Part shown: positions 9,381-18,641 of the stretch, piece after piece
Layout: every line of letters starts with the position of its first letter
Numbering within the stretch: position 1 is the first letter of the stretch
Assembly (NCBI GenBank): GCA_963666055.2
Contig: CAXWPH010000015.1
Span: 896,001 to 960,000, forward strand
Origin: Acidobacteriota bacterium
GTDB taxonomy: Bacteria > Acidobacteriota > UBA890 > WLXD01
DNA length: 64,000 nucleotides
Reading direction: 5' to 3'
Made by a program: the position numbers and the translations under genes
Notes under the pieces: generated by a model
Database searches by the model: none
The model's input: the letters and a program-made list of their open reading frames with translations, nothing else
What the model was told of the DNA's origin: nothing

Positions 9381-11456
9381 ATGAACAAGAAGAAGCGTGA
9401 TCGCGCACTCGGCATGGATGCAGAAATCTCACGGCGGGATTTCCTGGACGGCGTGGCCGTGACCGTCGGGGGGACGATGGTGGTCTCCACTCTGGCAGGC
9501 GGCACCCCCGTACAGGCGCAGACGGCATCCCCGCCACCGCCGATGTCCGCTCCGCAAGCCGCACCTTCGGATTACCCACCCATGATCCAAGGGCTCCGCG
9601 GGCAAACTGACGCGGCCATGAATGCGGGGCATGCCGTCCGCGACGGGACAGCGTTCAGCGCCCCGGTCGATACCGGCGAGTTCTACGACCTGGTTGTCGT
9701 GGGTGCCGGCATGGCCGGACTTGGCGCCGCCTATTTCTATCGGAAGCAGATCCCGCATTCGAAGGTCTTGCTGATCGATGGGTGCGAAGATTTCGGGGGC
9801 CACGCCGTGCGCAACGAATTCATGGTGGACGGCACGCGCCTGATTGCGGGCGGCGGCACCGCCGCCCTCTGGCGTCCGAATACGTTTACGCCCGAGGCGC
9901 AGGAGCTGATGCGCGATATCGGGATCGACCGCGCGCACCATGATAGAGAAGTGGCCAACAACCCGAACGCGCCGCGAGAGTTGGGTCTCCGGCGAGCGGT
10001 GTTCTTCGACAAGGAGTCCTCTGGTGAGGACCGGCTCGTTATGGACCCACCGCCCGAATTGGGCCTCCGGGGCCGCAGGGGCGAGGAAGGGACGACGAGT
10101 GCTCAGTTCGCCGAATTCTTTGCCCAGACGCCGTATTCAGCCGGCACCCGAGAGGGCTTGTTGAAGCTGTTCACCGAGCACCGTGATTGGATGCCCGGGG
10201 TCCCGACCGCGGAGAAAGTCGAGCAACTCAAGAAGATGAGCTACATCGACTTTGTGAGCAACGTCGTCAAGATCCATCCCGACGCGGTAGCCCATGTCCT
10301 CTCGGTGGGCGGCACGGGCGGGACCAACCAGACCGCCGGTCCGGACACCTATAGCGCCTGGTATGCCTGGCGGAAGGGCGCACCCGGCTTCAACGCGATG
10401 GCTCTCCCGCCCGCCTCGCAGTTGTCCAACCTGGTCAAAGACCCGGGGCGGAACATCGCCTGGCCCGACGACGCGACCACCGCGGCGCGGCTCTTGGTCC
10501 GGTGGCTGATACCGGACGCCTTGCCAGGCCGCACGGCGGATGATTCGGTCTTGCAGCATATCGATTACGCCGCCTTGGACCGTCCGACGAGCGATGTGCG
10601 CATCCGCCTTTCAAGCATGGTCATCCGCGCCAAGCACCTGGGCGACCCGCTGACCGCGAAGGAAGTCGAGGTGACCTATCTGCGTGACGGCCAACCCCAC
10701 ACCGTCCGTGCGCGCGGCGTCGTGATGGCCTGCTTCAACGCCATCATTCCCTACCTGGTGCCGGACCTGCCGGAGTCCCAGAAGGCTGCGCTACATATGG
10801 CGGTGCGGAAGCCGCTCGTCGCGACCAATGTGGCCATCCGTAACTGGCGTGCGTTCCAGAAGCTGGGCGTCTCTTCGATCAACTGCCCAGGCATGTTCTG
10901 GGCGTCGATCGGGCTCGCCGTCCCAGCGGCCATCGGCGGGTATCAGAACGCGTCCACGCCGGACGAGCCGATTGTCGTCCGGATGTCCCTCACCGCTCGC
11001 ATCCTGGAGAAGGCGGGCTCCGGGCTCTCGCCGCGCGAACAATGGAAGGCCAGCCGTACCGAGCTGCAGGAGATCACCTTCGAAACATTCGAGCGCAACA
11101 TCCGCGAACAGCTCGATCGCGTCCTGGGACCTGGCGGCTTTGACGCAAAGCGTGATGTCGCGGGTATCATCATCAACCGCTGGAGTCATGCCTACGCCCC
11201 CGGGTCGAATGAGCTGTACGATCCCGACTGGTCACACCGGATGGATGCTCCATGGGTGGTCGGGCGTCAGCAATTCGGTCGGATTACGATCTCGAACTCG
11301 GATGCCGCGTGGGTTTCGCTCACGAACGCGGCGTGGCAGCAAAGCCACCGCGCCGTGAACGAGCTCATCTGCAACGTGGTTCGGCCGGTGTTCGATTGGC
11401 AGTGGTCCGAAAGTATGCACGCCGGCGAACCCGGCGACTATCCGAACAACTTCTAG
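9381..11456 (+). CDS. Second Tat-exported SpdH-like FAD oxidoreductase
   Basis: SRRDFL Tat motif, VGAGMAGL, GGHAVRNE, NRWSHAYA and ISNSDA. Colinear with 2338..4323. Confidence 0.85.
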   Translation: MNKKKRDRALGMDAEISRRDFLDGVAVTVGGTMVVSTLAGGTPVQAQTASPPPPMSAPQAAPSDYPPMIQGLRGQTDAAMNAGHAVRDGTAFSAPVDTGEFYDLVVVGAGMAGLGAAYFYRKQIPHSKVLLIDGCEDFGGHAVRNEFMVDGTRLIAGGGTAALWRPNTFTPEAQELMRDIGIDRAHHDREVANNPNAPRELGLRRAVFFDKESSGEDRLVMDPPPELGLRGRRGEEGTTSAQFAEFFAQTPYSAGTREGLLKLFTEHRDWMPGVPTAEKVEQLKKMSYIDFVSNVVKIHPDAVAHVLSVGGTGGTNQTAGPDTYSAWYAWRKGAPGFNAMALPPASQLSNLVKDPGRNIAWPDDATTAARLLVRWLIPDALPGRTADDSVLQHIDYAALDRPTSDVRIRLSSMVIRAKHLGDPLTAKEVEVTYLRDGQPHTVRARGVVMACFNAIIPYLVPDLPESQKAALHMAVRKPLVATNVAIRNWRAFQKLGVSSINCPGMFWASIGLAVPAAIGGYQNASTPDEPIVVRMSLTARILEKAGSGLSPREQWKASRTELQEITFETFERNIREQLDRVLGPGGFDAKRDVAGIIINRWSHAYAPGSNELYDPDWSHRMDAPWVVGRQQFGRITISNSDAAWVSLTNAAWQQSHRAVNELICNVVRPVFDWQWSESMHAGEPGDYPNNF

Positions 11457-11469
11457 GGCTCACGGCGAG

Positions 11470-11580
11470 CTTGAGGTCATCGGCCAGGTAGGCCGTTGCC
11501 ATGCCGCCCTCGCCCAGCTCACGCTCAATGGCGTAGCGGCCTTCGAGGGCTGCGTTGAGGCGGGTGACGGGATCGGACAT
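11470..11580 (-). pseudogene. N-terminal stub of a Hanks-type Ser/Thr kinase
   Basis: MSDPVTRLNAALEGRYAIERELGEGGMATAYLADDLK contains kinase subdomain I (GxGG) and is truncated before VAxK. Confidence 0.8.
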
Positions 11581-11791
11581 ATGCGCACTCCAGGATCAGA
11601 CTGCGCTCAACATCCGAGAGCGGGCCGGTAGGCGCAAGCAGAAGCCCGTCAGACGCTGAGAAGCTCGCCTGTTACGAGTTGCTCGTGCCTTTCTAGGCCG
11701 TCCTCAAAATTTGGTGCGTACGCCTGAGCAGGAGTCACACGCGTATATACAGGCCCCTCTTGGGGGGAACCCGCCTTTCGAGGAGAGCGGG

Positions 11792-12988
11792 TCATAATCT
11801 ACCCAAGCCAAATTGGTCACCTGCCTTGGTTACTTTGCCGTCTTGCATATGTATCTCAATCATCTTTTCGCTGCAAACGGTGTTGTAATTTTCATCTTTC
11901 AACAAGTACAAAATTCTCCGTGTCTTGGTATGAATCACTTCGCCACTAGATGCATAGGCATACTGACCATCTATACTAAAAGTGACCCAACCCGGCATAT
12001 CACGTAGTGCAATGGTGGTGAGCTGTTGATAAGGGGCTTCTCCGCTAAAGACATGCATTCGCATATTATGGCCATCGCTAATCCATATCTCTTTTTCATC
12101 TGGGGTCAAAGCTATACCGTGACTTGGATTTTCATGTCGTTGTACGGGACCTTTGTCCCAACCCTGGACCTGAACACTCGCTACCTTTTCTCCTGTTTTC
12201 AAATCACCCACTTCAAATCCCAGTAAATCATCAACGTTCACAAACACAAGCGACTCGTCGCTCTTGATGGTAAACGGTCGCACAGGCCCACTAAAAAGGC
12301 CTATTTTCTGTACGACTGTGTGCGTTTTGGTATCTGCAACGTACAACCAGGGAGATTTATAATCCGCCATATATGCTCGATTTCCTGAAGGACCGTAAAT
12401 CGTGTTGTGTGCACTGGTATCTACTACGATCTTGGCAATGACATCACCGGTTTCGGTATTCACGACATTCCAAAACTCTTTTTCTAAGGATGGCAAATAC
12501 ATGGTCATCCCATCAGGTGAAATTGACATACGGTCACAGCCGCCCTCAAAAGCGATGTCCCACAGCACCTCTTCCGTACTCAGATCTATTCGCTGCATAC
12601 CTTCCAAGGTGGTGATATAGACACTGTTGAGCGGCACACTGACATCAATGCCCTTGACATTTGACGGGCTGCCATCTTCATGGAACCCCCTAGTGCTAAT
12701 TCGTTTTACAAAGTTGTGATTGTTGTCTATATCAAAAACCAGCAATCCGTGACCCCCATAGCCCAAATAATCTCTGATACCAGGAGTCGCTACATACAGG
12801 TAGTGGCCGGTACCCCCTGTTGCCACAGGTTCATCTATGGGTGGAGGACTTGGTATCATCGAAGCGGTGCTAGCGGCCGCGGCTCCCGGCGCGAGGACCG
12901 TTCCCGCGATCGCGATGCTCGCCCCGTTCAGCAAGTCGCGACGGTTGATCTCCCGGTCCATGCCCAGCTCGCGGTCGCTCTTCTTCAT
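11792..12988 (-). CDS. YncE/YVTN beta-propeller protein with a grafted Tat signal (chimera, low-GC body)
   Basis: Propeller blades (YLYVA, SISPDG, HGIALTPD, FSIDGQYAY). The first ~35 aa match SpdH-like 2338, and GC drops abruptly at ~12870. Confidence 0.85.
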   Translation of the reverse strand: MKKSDRELGMDREINRRDLLNGASIAIAGTVLAPGAAAASTASMIPSPPPIDEPVATGGTGHYLYVATPGIRDYLGYGGHGLLVFDIDNNHNFVKRISTRGFHEDGSPSNVKGIDVSVPLNSVYITTLEGMQRIDLSTEEVLWDIAFEGGCDRMSISPDGMTMYLPSLEKEFWNVVNTETGDVIAKIVVDTSAHNTIYGPSGNRAYMADYKSPWLYVADTKTHTVVQKIGLFSGPVRPFTIKSDESLVFVNVDDLLGFEVGDLKTGEKVASVQVQGWDKGPVQRHENPSHGIALTPDEKEIWISDGHNMRMHVFSGEAPYQQLTTIALRDMPGWVTFSIDGQYAYASSGEVIHTKTRRILYLLKDENYNTVCSEKMIEIHMQDGKVTKAGDQFGLGRL

Positions 12989-13162
12989 TCTCAGGTCTCC
13001 TCGAGGATCGAAGTGTAGGCCCCGGAATCCAGTTCCATTTCTTCAAGCTCTGATGATAGATGGCACGCGTCCTAAGCACCATCACCCAAACAATGTTCAC
13101 TGATCACTAAATCCAACCCCCAAAACACTCGCGTGCCAGAGCCAACAGCGGCGGTCCAACGC

Positions 13163-13378
13163 TCACCGCGGTCTCCTCATTCGCCGCACCTTGCCACGCT
13201 TGATGCCGAGCGACGGCACTGTTCGCTGCACCTGCTCCGACCTCCATCGTGCGACCAAGTGCTTGTAGTTCTCCTCGATCATCTTGGTATCGGAATGACC
13301 GAGCTGTTCGGCCAAGTCCGTCGGCGATCCGCGGTTCATGAGGTAGGCGCTCGCATAGTGGCTTCGGAACTGATGGAC
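13163..13378 (-). pseudogene. Tyrosine integrase C-terminal remnant
   Basis: Not in the ORF track. Translates VHQFRSHYASAYLMNRGSPTDLAEQLGHSDTKMIEENYKHL..., with HxxR, LGH and the catalytic Tyr. Confidence 0.85.
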
Positions 13379-13465
13379 CAGGCCTTCCTGCTGATCTGGT
13401 TATTTTTTTCCGCGGCCATCATCGCCCACGGCGCCTGGGGCCTGCTCAAGGACTAGTCGAGCGCG

Positions 13466-15130
13466 TCACCGAACCGTTACCGCCTCGCTTGGCGCGTAGC
13501 CCAGACGATGTGCCACGGCGTGCAGCTGGTGCCCGGCCGGCAGCGTTACCGGTTCCGTGTAGACGTGCCACTGCGTCCCCGGCATGCCGCCCTCGGCCAC
13601 CACCTGGTATCCGATGGAGGCGCCTTCAGTAGCGGAGTGGATCGTGATCTCATTGCCGTCGCGTTGGATTCTCGGAGCCATCGTCGGGGGCTGTTGTCGG
13701 CCCGGCCAGAACTGCTCCAGCAAGTCGGCTTCGGGGATGAGGCCCTTGTCGTCGGTGGCTTCCATCCAGCGGTCGAGCTCGGCCCGGAGGTCGGCGAGCT
13801 TGGGGGCGTAGGTCGGGTCAGCGGCAAGGTTACGGAGCTCGTGAGGGTCGGCGGCAGTATCGAACAGCTCTTCGCGCGGCTTGGACGGGCGGAACCACTG
13901 CGCCTGGTATTCATCGAGGCCGCCGGCATCGCGCAGTCGTAGCAGCTCCTGCATCGTCGCCATCTGCTCGCGGTAGGTCACCGCCAGGTAGTAGCCGCGC
14001 TCGGGCTGGAAGTTACGCAAGTACTTGAACTGGCTGTCGCGCACGGCGCGGATCGTGTCGTATTCGGTGTCGAGGCGATCGGCGGCGGCGTGGACGTAGC
14101 GGCGGGGCTCGGCGGCGCGCGCGGCACCGAGGAACGCTCTGCCCTCGACGTAGCCGGGCACCTCGATGCCGGCCAGGGAGAACGTGGTCGGGGCGAAGTC
14201 GACGAAGCTGACCAGCTGATCGTCGACAGCGCCGCCGTACTGGGCATCGGGAAAGCGGATGATCATCGGAACATGTAGGCCCGAGTCGTAGAGCAGGCGC
14301 TTCTGACGCGGCAATGGGCCACCATGGTCGGCGTACCAGACCACGATGGTGCGCTCGAGCAAACCGTCGGATTCCAGCTCGGCGAGGATCTGCCCGACCT
14401 GTTCGTCCATCTCGACGACGTTCGAGTACATCCGCAGCACATCACCGCGGACAGCGTCGGTGCGGGGCAGGTAGGGCGGGATGGGCACGTCCAGGTCGGC
14501 GTCCACCCGTAACGGATCGTCAGCCTTGGCCCAGATCTGCGACTCGTGCGTGACGCCGAAGTTGAAAACCGAGAAGAACGGAGCTCCCGACGGGCGATCG
14601 CGCCAGTGGGCCTCGCCGCTGCTCGCGTCCCAGGCGGTCACCGGCGCGGTGAGCTGGTAATCGTGCTTGGCGTTGTTGGAGGTGTAGTAGCCGTTGCGCC
14701 GCAGCACCTCGCTCATCATCCGGACCTGCGGAGGCGGCACGGTCTCATAGGGGAGGAGGCCGATGGCGTCCATGTACGCCTGCCGCGAGCTCGTACGCAT
14801 GTTGTGGGCGCCAGCGCTGGTGGTGTAGACGCCCGTCGCCAGTGAAAACCGGCTAGGTGCGCAGACACCAGAGACCGAGAACACATTCCTGTAACGCACC
14901 CCTTCGCGTGCCAGCCGATCCAGGTGGGGCGTCTTCACGGTGGAATCGCCGAAGGCGGCAAGGTAGGGGCTCATGTCCTCGGCCACGAGCCATAAGAAGT
15001 TGGGGCGGGACGCCTGGTCGAGGCTTGGATAGCCCACCGGCGGGTCGGACAGCGGGGGCTCTGACCGCTGCGTGTCACACCCGGCGCCGACGAGCAGCAG
15101 GGTCAGGATGACGGCGGCGAGGTTCTTCAT
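13466..15130 (-). CDS. Sulfatase lipoprotein with C-terminal Fn3-associated-like domain
   Basis: GAGC lipobox, PNFLWLVAEDM, CAPSR and DHGG. Confidence 0.9.
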   Translation of the reverse strand: MKNLAAVILTLLLVGAGCDTQRSEPPLSDPPVGYPSLDQASRPNFLWLVAEDMSPYLAAFGDSTVKTPHLDRLAREGVRYRNVFSVSGVCAPSRFSLATGVYTTSAGAHNMRTSSRQAYMDAIGLLPYETVPPPQVRMMSEVLRRNGYYTSNNAKHDYQLTAPVTAWDASSGEAHWRDRPSGAPFFSVFNFGVTHESQIWAKADDPLRVDADLDVPIPPYLPRTDAVRGDVLRMYSNVVEMDEQVGQILAELESDGLLERTIVVWYADHGGPLPRQKRLLYDSGLHVPMIIRFPDAQYGGAVDDQLVSFVDFAPTTFSLAGIEVPGYVEGRAFLGAARAAEPRRYVHAAADRLDTEYDTIRAVRDSQFKYLRNFQPERGYYLAVTYREQMATMQELLRLRDAGGLDEYQAQWFRPSKPREELFDTAADPHELRNLAADPTYAPKLADLRAELDRWMEATDDKGLIPEADLLEQFWPGRQQPPTMAPRIQRDGNEITIHSATEGASIGYQVVAEGGMPGTQWHVYTEPVTLPAGHQLHAVAHRLGYAPSEAVTVR

Positions 15131-15177
15131 CGCGCTCCCGTATGACGGTGTGTAGCCCCGTGCTGATTTCGAGTTAA

Positions 15178-16346
15178 GGAAGGTCTGATCAATTGGCCGT
15201 CAGTCAGGATGGAGCCTGATTGGAGGAACTGGTCGGCATAAGGGTGGGAATGCAGTCGCCCTCCGAGCTGCTGCCGACGGGTTCAACCGCGACGGCGGCC
15301 TCTCAGGGTGCCTGTTTCAGGTGTGCGCGAGCAGCACCTTGCGTGCCATGAATAGGTTGGCCAACGCGCAGGTCACGAAGAGCCGGTGCGCGTTCTTGTG
15401 GAGCCCTCGGTATCGGACCTTTCTGAAGCCGAAGATGCGCTTGATCACCAGCATCGGGTGCTCGACTTTGGCCCGCACCTTCGACTTGGTGCGGTTTCGA
15501 GCTCGGTCTCGCTCGGTCAGTGGCCGGTGACGGTGCCCTTTCTTGTTGGTGAAGTCCTTGGCACCGGGAGCACACCGGACAATGACCTCCCGTCGGCCCG
15601 TATAAGCGCTGTCTCCCCACACCCGCGTCTCCTGCCCATGCAGCAGATCCTCTAGCACCTGGCTGTCATGGACATTGGCGGCGGTGGCCACGACCGAGTG
15701 AATGAGCTTGGATTTGCTGTCCACACCGAAGTGTCCCTTCATCCCGAAGTACCATTGGTTGCCCTTCTTGGTCGAGCGCATCTCCGGATCCCGCTGCTTG
15801 GCCTTGTTCTTGGTCGATGACGGGGCGGTGATGATCGTCGCGTCGACGATGGTGCCCGTGCTGACCTTCAGCCCCCGCCCCTGCAGGTGCTCGGCAACGA
15901 TGTGGAACACCTGCACGCCCAGCTCGTGGGTCTCCAGAAGGTGCCGGAACTTGCACACCGTCGTCTCGTCCGGCGCCGGCTCCCGTCCCAGATCGATCCC
16001 CACGAAGGCACGCATCGCCCGCGAGTCGTACAGCGCCTCCTCCACCCCCGGGTCCGACAGGTTGAACCACTGCTGCATGAAGTAGATGCGCAGCATCCTC
16101 TCCAGCCCGACTGGGCGCCGTCCCGCTCCCTTCGGCTTCGGATACACCGGCTCGATCAAAGCGCACAGCTGGGCCCACGGCACCACCTGATCCATCTCTG
16201 CCAGGAACCGCTCCCGGCGGGTCACCTTCCGGTACTGCTCAAAGGACCCTTCGGCAAGCGTCTGCTGGCGCATTCCCTTCTCCCTCTGGCGGCGTGATCG
16301 GATCCGCGTGCATTATCCCATCGAACCCGAATTGATCAGAGGTTCC
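15178..16346 (-). mobile_element. IS5-family insertion sequence, complete (1169 bp)
   Basis: TIRs GGAAGGTCTGATCAATT / GGAACCTCTGATCAATT (15/17), with TTAA duplicated at 15174-15177 and 16347-16350. Confidence 0.95.
15317..16273 (-). CDS. IS5-family DDE transposase
   Basis: TRRERFL, PDETT, IVDAT, WYFGMK, GDSAY and RAKVEH. Confidence 0.95.
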   Translation of the reverse strand: MRQQTLAEGSFEQYRKVTRRERFLAEMDQVVPWAQLCALIEPVYPKPKGAGRRPVGLERMLRIYFMQQWFNLSDPGVEEALYDSRAMRAFVGIDLGREPAPDETTVCKFRHLLETHELGVQVFHIVAEHLQGRGLKVSTGTIVDATIITAPSSTKNKAKQRDPEMRSTKKGNQWYFGMKGHFGVDSKSKLIHSVVATAANVHDSQVLEDLLHGQETRVWGDSAYTGRREVIVRCAPGAKDFTNKKGHRHRPLTERDRARNRTKSKVRAKVEHPMLVIKRIFGFRKVRYRGLHKNAHRLFVTCALANLFMARKVLLAHT

Positions 16347-16348
16347 TT

Positions 16349-16362
16349 AACTTGACAGTACC
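16349..16362 (-). mobile_element. IS6-like terminal repeat cut off by the IS5 insertion
   Basis: Reverse complement is GGTACTGTCAAGTT, with the same TTAA-nTTGACAGT context as positions 14-29. Confidence 0.5.
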
Positions 16363-16425
16363 CCCCCCGGCTCATCGCGCCGAGGGACTTGCTCCATCTC
16401 CCGTTCAGTTTCATGTCCGGAACGC

Positions 16426-17553
16426 CTAGTTCGTGAGAACCAATCCTCGGCCGACGAGCTTTATGGGATCGGCTCCGGGCTTCGGAACGAACTTGCTCAA
16501 CCATCCGCCGTCCCAGCTGGCGACATAGACGTTGCCGTCCTGGTCCACGTCCATCTGGTGTGGACGCGCGAGGCCACCAGGAAAGCCACCCCTCGTCCCG
16601 CCGAACGCACCCCAGTGGTACTGGAGGACCCCGTCCAGGTTGTACCTGAGGATCCGGTTCAGTGCCGCAGAAACCACCCAGACCGCGTCATTCTCGTCGA
16701 TAAAGATTCCGACGGGATCGGTGACGTCGGGCCACTCCTCGATGAACTCGCCGTCTTCCGTAAAGACTTGGATGCGGTCGTTGTTCCGGTCGCCGACGTA
16801 GATGCGGTGATCGCGGTCCACGGCGACGCCGTGGATGAGGTCGAACTGTCCGGGGCCGCTCCCGACCGAGCCGAACTCCGACACGAGCTCGCCGGCCGCG
16901 TTGTACCTGGCGATACGACCGTTCTGGTAACCGTCCCCGAGCAGAAAGTCGCCGTCCGGGAGGAAGGTCATCACCGAGGCCTGGCCGAAGTCGAGTGGTC
17001 CCGGGTTCTTGTTCGCCCGTGCCTCCTCCCCGCTCTGGCGCGGGTTGGGGTCGATGAGCCGCATCACGATCTGTTTGCCGTCGTTGGAGAACTTGATGAC
17101 CTGCTCGTGGATGTCTCTGGTTCCTCCGCCGCGCTCGACGAGCCAGATGTGGCGCTCCGGGTCGTAGGGGCTGATGTAGACCTGGTGGGGAGTGTTGAGC
17201 ATGGTGTCCCACTGGGTCCAGCGCTCGACGATGTCCCCGTTCCCATCGACGACCACCATGTAGTTGGAGCTGTCCGGCCGCTCTTCGCCTTCGGCGTTCC
17301 GGTCGCCCCACACTGCAACGATAATCCGGTTCGGATTGTCAGCCGCCACACCAGAGACCTGACCCCAGGTCCACTCCTCGTCGTGGTCTGGCGCCGGCTT
17401 CCACCAGTCTGCCACCGGATCGTATCCTCCGGTACGGTCGTCCCCGCCCTTCATGGCCGCCTCCTGTGCGGCCTGGTCCTCACCAGCGCAGGCTGGGAGT
17501 ATCGCCAGCCCAACGGCGAGGAAGAGGGCCACGCCCATGCGCTCTAGTCTCAT
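16426..17553 (-). CDS. NHL-repeat (PAL-like) beta-propeller lipoprotein
   Basis: LPAC lipobox, GDGYQNGRI, GSGPGQFDLIHGVAVD and DRNNDRIQVF. Confidence 0.85.
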   Translation of the reverse strand: MRLERMGVALFLAVGLAILPACAGEDQAAQEAAMKGGDDRTGGYDPVADWWKPAPDHDEEWTWGQVSGVAADNPNRIIVAVWGDRNAEGEERPDSSNYMVVVDGNGDIVERWTQWDTMLNTPHQVYISPYDPERHIWLVERGGGTRDIHEQVIKFSNDGKQIVMRLIDPNPRQSGEEARANKNPGPLDFGQASVMTFLPDGDFLLGDGYQNGRIARYNAAGELVSEFGSVGSGPGQFDLIHGVAVDRDHRIYVGDRNNDRIQVFTEDGEFIEEWPDVTDPVGIFIDENDAVWVVSAALNRILRYNLDGVLQYHWGAFGGTRGGFPGGLARPHQMDVDQDGNVYVASWDGGWLSKFVPKPGADPIKLVGRGLVLTN

Positions 17554-17647
17554 CGTCAAATCCTCTCGCGGAAAGGCTTTCATAGAAGCCGATAGAAAGG
17601 GCCGCCGTTCACATGCGGTTCAATTCAGCGGCTCGAGACAGGCCGCG

Positions 17648-17900
17648 GACACTGTCAACTTTACCTGGGCGACGCACGGATTTGGGCGAGTTCTGGCCCT
17701 GAAGCTGGGTTCCTTCAGACGGTGACTACCTCACTCCAGGTCCCAAAAGCGCTCGTCCGAAGTACCCGGTAGTCCGCGGATCGTAGTCGGTGCCGGCTCA
17801 GGTTGAAGAGATTCCGGACGACAGCGTGCACCGACAGAAACCGTTGAGCTTGAGCCGCAGACTTGAACCTCCGTATCTGTCGCTCGCGCTGCCGTGTCTA
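17648..17900. mobile_element. IS6-like element end remnant
   Basis: Starts GACACTGTCAACTT (one mismatch to the end at 16-29). No intact transposase follows. Confidence 0.4.
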
Positions 17901-18641
17901 TTACCAGAGCTTGTCCACCTCATCGGTGAGACCCGTCAGCTCCCAGTGGGCGAGCGCGAACGGGATGAGGCCGGCGGCGAGAATCTCGTCGATCACGTCG
18001 GGCATGTTGAAGTCGTCGCCGAGCTGGTGGGCGCGGTCGGCGATGATCTTCTCGAACTGGCTTCTTCCCACCGGATACGCCACCTGATATCCGGGCGCCC
18101 TTACGGCGTCGCGCTTGTGGTTCCACATCGAGCTGCTGTCGGCAATCGCCCAGCCGTAGGGAGTCATATCGGCCTCGAACTGGTTCCACCCGGCGTAGTC
18201 CACGGCGTTGGCAATGAACTGCAGTTCCCCCATCGCCCGGGCGCCTTCGTAGGCGTACTCGATAACCTGGAGCTCTCGGGCTCGGCGCCCCGGTCGCTCG
18301 TCGTAGACGCCGGCGTGCATGAGCACCTCTTCCAATCCGCCGGCGAACCCCTCCCAACGGGGATGGGTCAACTCGTAGAGTCGCCGGGCGGCGCGTATCG
18401 GCGACTGAGTACCCGTCTGCCGGATGGAATCGAGCCCGTGACCGATGTCCTCGTGGATGATGTTCATCTTGGGGTTGCGGGCGATCAGGTTGGTGAAGAA
18501 CGACATCGGCCGGCCCATCCATTCCGTCGACGCCGGTATCGCAACGTCACCGATACGGGCGTAGGCCTCGGCGATGTCGACGAATCCTCGTTCCCGGAGG
18601 AATTGCAACAGCTCATCCTCCGCCTCGGCATAGGCTCTGGT
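17901..18641 (-). pseudogene. DUF885-like protein, C-terminal fragment
   Basis: HEDIGH, WEGFAGGLEE, PGYQVAYPVGR and ILAAGLIP. The 5' part is replaced by parA sequence. Confidence 0.6.

Noticed and set aside
11693-11710. CTAGGCCGTCCTCAAAAT as another IS or MITE end
   Set aside because: Weak similarity and no partner end found.
13133-13456. 107-aa plus-strand ORF
   Set aside because: It is mostly the antisense of the integrase remnant joined to a short hydrophobic stub.
4320-16429. CTAG at the ends of many island genes as a cassette recombination site
   Set aside because: Core genes (e.g. 24029, 26436, 29929, 39237, 41770, 48648) end the same way. C followed by TAG is expected in high-GC coding DNA.
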